A stretch of 64,000 nt of DNA from Planctomycetota bacterium (GTDB lineage Bacteria; Planctomycetota; UBA1135; UBA2386), in contig JBKAGP010000001.1 of assembly GCA_046290465.1 (NCBI GenBank), positions 5,472,001-5,536,000 on the forward strand, written 5' to 3'. A model generated the notes under the pieces. That model had not been told where the DNA came from and searched no databases. It saw only the letters and a program-made list of their open reading frames with translations. Positions 57,248 through 64,000 of the stretch are shown piece after piece (position 1 is the stretch's first letter; each line of letters opens with the position of its first letter). The translations under genes were made by a program, and so were the position numbers.

Positions 57248-58075
57248 TCAGCCGATCAGCTGCAGGGCCAGCTGCGGCTGCGAGTTGGCCTGGGCCAGGA
57301 TCGCGACCGCCGCCTGCTGCAGGATCTGGTTGCGCGCCAGATCGGCGGTCTCGCGCGCGATGTCGACGTCGCGGATGCGCGACTCGGCCGCGGCCAGGTT
57401 CTCGGCCTGCACGGTCAGGTTGTTGATCGTGAACTGCAGCCGGTTCTGCATCGCGCCGAAGCGGCCGCGGGTGCGCGCGACGCTGTCGATCGCGGTGTCG
57501 ATCGCGTCCATCGCGGTGGTCGCCGCGCCGACGTTGCTGAGGCCGAGCACGTCGAGGCCGAGGCCGGTCGCCAGCACCGGGGACAGGCCGGCGCTCAGGG
57601 TGTTGACGGTCTGGTCGGTACCCGCGCCGACCTGGAACGTCACCGTCGACGACGATCCGTCCAGCAGGTTGATGCCGTTGAACGCCGTCGAACGGCCGAT
57701 GCGGTCGATCTCGTCGACCAGCACCTGGAACTCCTCGTCCAGCGTCTGGCGGTCGGCCGACGAGATCGTGCCGTTGGCCGACTGCACCGCGAGTTCGCGC
57801 AGACGCAGCAGGATGTTGCCGACCTCGTCGAGCGCGCCCTCGCCGGTCTGCACCAGGGAGATGCCGTCCTGCGCGTTGCGCCGGGCCTGGTCGAGCGAGC
57901 GGACCTGGGCGCGCAGCCGTTCGGAGATCGCCAGGCCCGCGGCGTCGTCGGCCGCCGTGTTGATGCGCAGGCCGGTCGCGAGCCTGCGGAAGTTGCCGGC
58001 CAGGCGCTCGTTGATCGAGGCCAGCGCCCGCTGCGCGGTTCGCGACGCGATGTTGGTGTTGATGCGCAGGGCCAT
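57248..58075 (-). CDS. fliC: Flagellin (275 aa, minimal type)
   Basis: MALRINTNIAS, TGLRINTAADDAAGLAISE, LQFTINNL...AESRIRDVD, LAQANSQPQLALQLI. Confidence 0.93.
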   Translation of the reverse strand: MALRINTNIASRTAQRALASINERLAGNFRRLATGLRINTAADDAAGLAISERLRAQVRSLDQARRNAQDGISLVQTGEGALDEVGNILLRLRELAVQSANGTISSADRQTLDEEFQVLVDEIDRIGRSTAFNGINLLDGSSSTVTFQVGAGTDQTVNTLSAGLSPVLATGLGLDVLGLSNVGAATTAMDAIDTAIDSVARTRGRFGAMQNRLQFTINNLTVQAENLAAAESRIRDVDIARETADLARNQILQQAAVAILAQANSQPQLALQLIG

Positions 58076-58232
58076 GGCTCCGGCAGGCATCGGCCGTCCT
58101 CGCGGCCGGGCCACAACGCGCGGCGCACCGCGCGGTGGTGCCGACGCTTCGATGCCATGGCGAACGGGCCGGCCGAGGTTCTGGCGGTCCGCAGGGACCG
58201 CCGGGCGGCCGTTCGCGTAGCATCCGGGCCGC

Positions 58233-58784
58233 ATGAGTCGCCGCACCAAGATCGCCCTGATCGTCCTGTTGCTGTTGCTGCCGGCCGCCTGGTTCGGCGG
58301 CATGGCCTACATCCGCTCGCACGTCACCGACCTGATCCAGCACGCCGTCGACAAGCCGCTGCCCGACTTCACGCTGGTCGACCGCGACGGCAAGACGTGG
58401 TCCAAGCAGGACCTGCTCGGCAAGCGCGCGGTGCTGCACTTCTTCCGCTCGTACTGCCACTCGTGCGACGTCGAGGCGCCGGCGATCCGCGCGCTCGAGC
58501 AGGCCAGGCCGGACGACACCATCTGGCTGCACGTGATGACCGACGTCGTGCTCGACGTCGACGAGGCGACCACCGAGGCGACCATCGCCCGCAAGGAGTT
58601 CACGGCGCCGATCCTGATGGCGGACGAGGCGTTCATGGAGCTGTTCCACAAGGCCAGGTGGTCGCAGGTGACGCCGATCACCTACGTGGTCGACAAGCAG
58701 GGCATGGTGCGATTCGGCCTGCGCGGGCTGCAGACCGAGCAGACGATCTCGGCGGCGGTGTCGGCCGTTGGCAAGGGCGGGTAG
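58233..58784 (+). CDS. Membrane-anchored TlpA/peroxiredoxin-like thioredoxin
   Basis: N-terminal TM, PDFTL, YCHSC (CxxC), TP..YVVDKQG. Confidence 0.85.
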   Translation: MSRRTKIALIVLLLLLPAAWFGGMAYIRSHVTDLIQHAVDKPLPDFTLVDRDGKTWSKQDLLGKRAVLHFFRSYCHSCDVEAPAIRALEQARPDDTIWLHVMTDVVLDVDEATTEATIARKEFTAPILMADEAFMELFHKARWSQVTPITYVVDKQGMVRFGLRGLQTEQTISAAVSAVGKGG

Positions 58785-58867
58785 CATCCGCGGCAGGCTC
58801 GCGGCGGCGCATGCCGCGGCGCTGCCCCGGAACCCGATCGCGGCCACCGCGTTGGCCGCCCGCTGCC

Positions 58868-59725
58868 ATGAACCCGACCCCGACCGCGTTCGTCCTGAGC
58901 CTCGCCGTCGCCGCAGCGCTGTCCGCGCAGGACCGCCCCAAGGACCCGCTGGCAGCCGCCTGGTGGGATGCCTTGGCCGCGGCGAAGCAGCACAAGGCAC
59001 CGATCCTGGCGTTCGTGTTGCCACCGAAGGGGCAGCTTGCCGTCGGCGATCGTGCCGCGCGGACCCGCAAGGCCGAGGTCGCGGCCGGCATCCTGCGGGT
59101 CGGTCGCGCGCCGGCGATGCGCACGGCCAGGGACGTGATGCTGCGCCAGGTGCAGCTGCTGCGGCGCTACGACGGAACCCTGATGGAGCAGCCCAGGCCG
59201 ACCGATGCGCAGATGGTGTTCGCGCTGTCCGTGCCGGTGTTCGCCAGCGCCGCGGCCTGCGGCGCGAAGGAGCGCGAGAACGTCGTGCTGCTCGACGCGC
59301 GCGGCCAGCGGCTGCGCGGCTTCGGTCTCGATCTGCTCAACCGCGACGCATTCGTGAAGGCGCTCGGCGCGCCGTTGTTCGACCGGCAGGCGATCCTGGC
59401 GCGGCAGGCGACCGTGACCCCGGCCGGTCGGCAGGCGCTGGCGTCGCTGCAGCGGGAGCTGCGCGAGAACGAGGGCCGGGTGTCCGCCTACGCCGCCGAG
59501 CAGAAGCTCGCGACGCTGGCGCCGCGGCTGCACGACCTGGGCCCGGCCCTGGTCGAGGAACGTGAGGGCAAGCTCGCGCCGGTGCGGGAGTTGTGGGGCA
59601 TCGAGGGCGCGCGTGCGCCGCTCGGGACCAAGGCCGAGCAGCAGCTCGGCGACCCGTGCCCGGGGTGCGGCATGGGCTACACGCCACCCGCCCTGCAAAC
59701 GATCCTGAAGCTGGTCGGGCCGTAA
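58868..59725 (+). CDS. Secreted hypothetical protein with C-terminal CPGCGMG motif
   Basis: Signal peptide ending LSA-Q; ends GDPCPGCGMGYTPPALQTILKLVGP. Confidence 0.75.
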   Translation: MNPTPTAFVLSLAVAAALSAQDRPKDPLAAAWWDALAAAKQHKAPILAFVLPPKGQLAVGDRAARTRKAEVAAGILRVGRAPAMRTARDVMLRQVQLLRRYDGTLMEQPRPTDAQMVFALSVPVFASAAACGAKERENVVLLDARGQRLRGFGLDLLNRDAFVKALGAPLFDRQAILARQATVTPAGRQALASLQRELRENEGRVSAYAAEQKLATLAPRLHDLGPALVEEREGKLAPVRELWGIEGARAPLGTKAEQQLGDPCPGCGMGYTPPALQTILKLVGP

Positions 59726-59895
59726 CTTCGTCGTCGCCGATGCCTAGGAGGAGCTGAGTCGGTCCGCCGGCTCTGGCGCTGCTGCACGCTGCCACGTGCA
59801 TCCTGTCTTCTCTCCAAGGGTCCCATCGCAACGACTCCTCCCCGGGGCGGCGAAGCAGCAGCGCCTTCCATCCGCCGGCCGTTAGGATCGCGGCC

Positions 59896-60957
59896 ATGCC
59901 ACGTCTCTCCTCCGTCGTCGCGGCCGTGCTGGCCGCGATCGCGTTCGTCGCCGCGAGCCCGTGCCAGAACGGCAGCAAGCGGGCGGTCCAGGTCTTCGTG
60001 CTGGCCGGCCAGTCCAACATGGAGGGCAAGTCCCAGAACAAGCTCTGGGAGCACCAGTGCGTCGCCGACGCGACCCGCGCGTTCTTCGCGCCGTTCCGCG
60101 ATGCCGCGAACGAAAGCTGGGTCGTGCGCGACGACGTCTGGATCAAGTTCTTCGGCAGGAAGGGGCCGTTGACGCTCGGCTTCGGCAGCAACGGGCGCAC
60201 CGGCCTCGAGTATGCGTTCGGTCTGCGCGTCGGCGATCACTTCGAGGAGCCGGTGCTGCTGATCAAGACCGCGTGGGGCGGCCGTTCGATCCGCAGGGAC
60301 TTCCGGCCGCCGTCGGCGGGGCTGCCGGGCGACGCGGTGCTCGACAAGGAGCTCGCCGACGCCGTCAAGCGCACCAGGAACAACAACGAGAAGCGCAAGC
60401 GCAACGACCCGCTGCCGACGCGCGAGCAGATCGTGGCCGGCTACGGTCGCGACTACCGCCTGATGATCGAGGAGGTGCAGCAGACCGTCGCGGCGGCCGG
60501 CTCGCTGTTCCCGCAGCTGCAGGGTCGCGAAGCGCAGCTGGCGGGCTTCGTCTGGTTCCAGGGTTGGAACGACCAGTACGGCGGCGCCGAGCTCGAGTAC
60601 GAGCAGAACCTGCGCCACCTGATCGCCGACGTGCGCAAGGACCTCGGCGTCGACGACCTGCCCGTGGTCATCGGCGTGATGGGCCAGAACGGCGCCGAGC
60701 CGGCCAAGGGCGCGATGCTGGCGATCCAGCGGGCGCAGACCAAGGTCGCCGATCTCGACGGGGTGGTCGCGGTGACGACCGCCGACCTGCAGGATGCGGC
60801 GGCCGCCAAGCTCTACCCGGAGTGGAAGAAGCGCTTCGAGGAGTGGGAGCGCACCGGCTCGGACCACCCGTACCATTACCTCGGCAGCGCGATCTGGTAC
60901 TCGCGCATCGGCTTCGCGCTGGCCGACGCCGTGATCGAACTGCAGGGCGGGCGATGA
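59896..60957 (+). CDS. SASA-family (sialate O-acetylesterase-like) SGNH hydrolase
   Basis: LAGQSNMEG, IKTAWGG, WFQGWND, YHY. Confidence 0.88.
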   Translation: MPRLSSVVAAVLAAIAFVAASPCQNGSKRAVQVFVLAGQSNMEGKSQNKLWEHQCVADATRAFFAPFRDAANESWVVRDDVWIKFFGRKGPLTLGFGSNGRTGLEYAFGLRVGDHFEEPVLLIKTAWGGRSIRRDFRPPSAGLPGDAVLDKELADAVKRTRNNNEKRKRNDPLPTREQIVAGYGRDYRLMIEEVQQTVAAAGSLFPQLQGREAQLAGFVWFQGWNDQYGGAELEYEQNLRHLIADVRKDLGVDDLPVVIGVMGQNGAEPAKGAMLAIQRAQTKVADLDGVVAVTTADLQDAAAAKLYPEWKKRFEEWERTGSDHPYHYLGSAIWYSRIGFALADAVIELQGGR

Positions 60958-60973
60958 GACTCTGTGACGAGCG

Positions 60974-61846
60974 ATGAGCGACGCTCCGCTGGTCGGCATC
61001 GCGCTGCAGCCCGAGCCGGTGTTCTTCGAGCACAACCGGCGGCTGCTCGAGGAGCGCGCGCAGCTGTTCGAGGTGACTCCCGAGACGCTGTGGACGAACG
61101 GCTGCGAGCCGGGCCCGGGGCACCAACGGCTGCTGCGGTTCACGGCCGCGGCGGGCCGGCCGGTCGTCGGCCACGGCGTGCTGTGCTCGATCGGCGCCGC
61201 CGCGCCGCCGGCGCGCCGCGCGCGGTGGCTGCAGGCGCTGCGTCGCGACGCGCAGGCGTTCGGGTTCGGCTGGCTCAGCGAGCACCTCGGCTTCGCCGAC
61301 GTCGACGGCCTGCACGTCGCCTGGCCGCTGCCGCTGCCGTGCACCGACGAGGCCGCCGACGTCGTCGCCGCTTCGCTGCGCGAGCTGCGCGGTGCCTGCG
61401 GTGAGGTGCTGTTCGAGAACAACGCCGACCTGTTCTGCCTCGGCGATCCGCTCGACCAGGCCGAGCTGTTCGCGCGCATCTGCGAACGTGCCGACGCCGG
61501 CCTGCTGCTCGACCTGCACAACGCGTTCGCGTTCTGTCGCAACGTCGGCGTCGATCTGCACGCGTTTCTCGAACGGCTGCCGTGGCCGCGCGTGCGCGAA
61601 CTGCACCTGAGCGGCGGCAGCGACAGCGACCCGGAGCTGCTGCCGTCGCGGCGGTCGCTGCGGCTGGATTCGCACGACGGCGCCGTGCCCGACGAGGTCT
61701 GGCGCGCGCTGCAGTTCGCGCTGCCGCGCGCAAGCGGGCTCCGGGCGGTCGTCTGCGAGTGGTTTCCGGACGCGATGGACGCGGCGGCCGGCGCGCAGTT
61801 CGCCGCCGACTTCGAGCGCGCGCGCGCGATGGTGGAGGCCAACTGA
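60974..61846 (+). CDS. DUF692 family multinuclear non-heme iron oxidative enzyme (MNIO)
   Basis: GHGV..SIG, SEHLGF, FENN, LLDLHN, ELHLSGG, DSHD, CEW metal-ligand pattern. Confidence 0.88.
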   Translation: MSDAPLVGIALQPEPVFFEHNRRLLEERAQLFEVTPETLWTNGCEPGPGHQRLLRFTAAAGRPVVGHGVLCSIGAAAPPARRARWLQALRRDAQAFGFGWLSEHLGFADVDGLHVAWPLPLPCTDEAADVVAASLRELRGACGEVLFENNADLFCLGDPLDQAELFARICERADAGLLLDLHNAFAFCRNVGVDLHAFLERLPWPRVRELHLSGGSDSDPELLPSRRSLRLDSHDGAVPDEVWRALQFALPRASGLRAVVCEWFPDAMDAAAGAQFAADFERARAMVEAN

Positions 61847-62175
61847 TGCTGCTCGACCTGCAGCGGCTGCTGGTGGCGGCGTTGCGCACGCCCGATCCCG
61901 CCGGGTTCCTGCGCGAACGGGCCGAGCGCGAGCCCGGCCTGCGGGCGGACGAGCGACGCGCGCTGCTGGCCGCGGGTGAGGACGGCGTGCGCATGTCGCG
62001 GGTGATGATCCGCAAGCTGCGCCTGCAGCGCATTCTGCGCGGCGACCCGGACGCGGCCGCGGCGATGGCCCGCGACCCGGAGGCGTTCGCCGCGAGGTTC
62101 GCGGCCTACGATCGCGACGTCGCGCCGACCGCCGTGACGCCGCCGGACGAGGCGGCGCAGTTCCGCGCCTACTGA
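61846..62175 (+). CDS. MNIO partner protein (DUF2063-like)
   Basis: TGATG coupling to DUF692; LQRLLVAAL...F...F..Y...P...EAAQF pattern typical of MNIO partners. Confidence 0.7.
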   Translation: MLLDLQRLLVAALRTPDPAGFLRERAEREPGLRADERRALLAAGEDGVRMSRVMIRKLRLQRILRGDPDAAAAMARDPEAFAARFAAYDRDVAPTAVTPPDEAAQFRAY

Positions 62176-63449
62176 GCGCGCGGCGGCCAGCCCGGCAGCG
62201 TCGCGCGCAGGTGGGCGTCGAGCGTGCTGCGCTCGTCGCGGGTCAGGCGCACGTCGCCCGGCGGCACGCCGCGCACGATCGCCACCTGCAGCCGCTGCAG
62301 GACCCGTCGACGCAGTTCGTCCGGCATCCGGCCGAACGCCGGCGCGTGCACCATGGGCGACAGCGGCAGCGTGAACGTGCGCCTGTGCAGGTCCAGGGTG
62401 CCGAGCCCGATGTCGTCGCCGGAGCGCGGCCACCGCGCGGCGAACGCGCGCGCGAACCCGGGCTCCGGGGCGCAGGCGTGCGGCGACAGGTCGGCCTCGC
62501 CGTCGAGCAGCAGCGCGGCCGCCAGCTGCCGGGCGAGGTCGTCGACGATGCGGCGGGTCTGCGCGCGCATGCCCTGCTCGTCGAGGATCTCGTTGACGAC
62601 GCGGTCCTTGTCGAGCAGGTAGCGCGTCTGCAGCGACGCACGCACCATCAGGTTGTGGATCGCCGCCTGTTGCTCGAGCGCGAGCAGCGCGCCGATGTCG
62701 CTGGTCGCGACCGGGTAGGTGTCGGCGGCGAAGCCGAACGCGTCGGCGAGTGCGGTCAGGTCCGCCGCGGGCTTCGACGCGACCAGGTAGCCGCCGCGGC
62801 CGTCGTCCTCGGCGATGCCGTTGCCGCGGTGCGTGCCGACGAACGTGCCGGTCACCAGCCAGCCGCCCCAGCGGTCGGCGATCGGCTGCCGGAAGTCCAT
62901 GTCGGCTTCGCCGGCGTCGACGATCGGGTCGCCGACCTCGTCCGGGAACACCGAGCGCAGCAGCAGGCCCGGCTCGTCGTGCGTGCGGGTGCTGGCGTGG
63001 CAGCGCAGGCAGGTGTCGTCGCGCACCAGCCGCGGTCGCTGCGCCGGGTCCTGCGTCAGCGTGTAGAACGCGACGCCGAGGCGGTCGTCGCCGACGGCGA
63101 CCTCGAGCGACGCGGCGCCCGGGATCCAGCCGACGTAGGCGTCGCTGTTGAAGTAGAGCGCGCGCGGGTTGGCCGGCGAGATCCGGTGGCGCTGCAGGCT
63201 GGTCTTGCTGAACACCAGCGTCTGGCTCTCGACGGGGATCTCGAGCGCGCGCAGCAGCGCCAGCAGGCGGCCGCGCCGGCCTTGGCTCGGCAGCTCGACG
63301 CTGCCGTCGGCGAGGCGCGCGTCGAGGCGCGTCGCCGCGTTGTCGTCCTCGGTGCGGCGGTAGGTGTTCGGCGACCGCTTGTGGAACGCCTGCCCCGCAA
63401 GCGGTGCGGCGCACAGGCCGGCGAGCAGCAGCGCGAGGACGGGACGCAT
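62169..63449 (-). CDS. Secreted protein with a single heme c motif
   Basis: Signal peptide, SQTLVFSKTSLQ..ISP.NPRALYFN, CLRCH, RWGGW.VTG, SDIGALL. Confidence 0.75.
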   Translation of the reverse strand: MRPVLALLLAGLCAAPLAGQAFHKRSPNTYRRTEDDNAATRLDARLADGSVELPSQGRRGRLLALLRALEIPVESQTLVFSKTSLQRHRISPANPRALYFNSDAYVGWIPGAASLEVAVGDDRLGVAFYTLTQDPAQRPRLVRDDTCLRCHASTRTHDEPGLLLRSVFPDEVGDPIVDAGEADMDFRQPIADRWGGWLVTGTFVGTHRGNGIAEDDGRGGYLVASKPAADLTALADAFGFAADTYPVATSDIGALLALEQQAAIHNLMVRASLQTRYLLDKDRVVNEILDEQGMRAQTRRIVDDLARQLAAALLLDGEADLSPHACAPEPGFARAFAARWPRSGDDIGLGTLDLHRRTFTLPLSPMVHAPAFGRMPDELRRRVLQRLQVAIVRGVPPGDVRLTRDERSTLDAHLRATLPGWPPRAQ

Positions 63450-63453
63450 GCGG

Positions 63454-64000
63454 CTACTTGCGGCGCAGCAGCCAGACGAAGCCCGTGATCTCTTCCTTGA
63501 CGAGCTTCGCCTTCTCCTTCTGCATCGCCTCGTACTTCGTGCCGAAGTCGTCGCCGCCGTTGTTCGACTCGAACAGCTTCTGCAGCTTCTTGTTCCAGGC
63601 GTCGAGCTTCTGGGTCGCTTGCTTCTGGTCGACGCCTTCGTTGAGGTGCGTCAGCGTCAGCTGGTCCCCGACCAGCAGGTCGAGCTTGCCGTCGCCGTCG
63701 ACGTCGCTGGCCCAGACGCGCGTGCCGCTCTGCGGGCCGGTGACGTGCTCGTCACCGAAGCGTGGCGCGCCGTCCATCCGCATGCCGTGGCCGGTCGGCT
63801 CGAGCAGCGTCTGGCGCGCGCCGAACTTCGGCGCGGTCTTGCTGCCCTCGTTGACGAACAGGAACGCGCCGCCCTCGGCCGAGCCGCTGAGCAGGTCGAG
63901 GTCGCCGTCCCGGTCCCAGTCGACCAGGAACGGGTCGCTGTGCATGCCGACCTTCAGCGGCTCGCCGCCGCGCTCGAGCCAGCTCGCCTTCGGCGCGAAG
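63454..64000 (-). CDS. FG-GAP/VCBS repeat protein, 5' part outside the window
   Basis: DWDRDGDLDLL and DVDGDGKLDLLVG Ca-binding repeats. Confidence 0.8.
   Translation of the reverse strand, partial: FAPKASWLERGGEPLKVGMHSDPFLVDWDRDGDLDLLSGSAEGGAFLFVNEGSKTAPKFGARQTLLEPTGHGMRMDGAPRFGDEHVTGPQSGTRVWASDVDGDGKLDLLVGDQLTLTHLNEGVDQKQATQKLDAWNKKLQKLFESNNGGDDFGTKYEAMQKEKAKLVKEEITGFVWLLRRK

Noticed and set aside
60951..60978. 8-bp direct repeat GCGATGAG flanking the SASA/DUF692 junction as a target-site duplication
   Set aside because: Only 12 nt apart and explained by stop and start codon contexts; no element lies between them
58868..62175. Selenocysteine-containing MNIO precursor
   Set aside because: No in-frame TGA in the candidate substrate (it ends TAA) and no SECIS-like hairpin recognised

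Overview
High-GC (~70% by eye) bacterial chromosomal segment, almost certainly Planctomycetota, judged from the DUF1501/DUF1549-DUF1553/planctomycete cytochrome c-WD40 operon, a membrane-anchored ECF sigma factor and bacterial topoisomerase VI. It holds about 52 protein-coding genes and no recognisable rRNA, tRNA, CRISPR array or intact mobile element. Most long ORFs in the supplied track are GC-rich shadow frames. Main observations: (1) top6A and top6B lie 6.6 kb apart, yet both are preceded by an identical 18-bp hairpin motif exactly 10 nt downstream of a -10-like box. (2) Six secreted proteins with different passenger domains (two S8 proteases, a multicopper oxidase, a vanadium-haloperoxidase-like enzyme, two unknowns) share a C-terminal domain that looks like a lineage-specific sorting or anchoring module. 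(3) A DUF692/MNIO enzyme and its partner lie near a secreted protein ending in CPGCGMG and a thioredoxin, a candidate protein-modification system. (4) Both subtilases have Glu at the catalytic Asp position. (5) A REP-like palindrome family includes a 104-bp near-perfect palindrome. (6) There is an in-frame amber codon in a lipoprotein gene, an orphan RpnS/DUF4351-like ORF and several apparently leaderless genes. Family assignments come from motif recognition only; no database searches were run.
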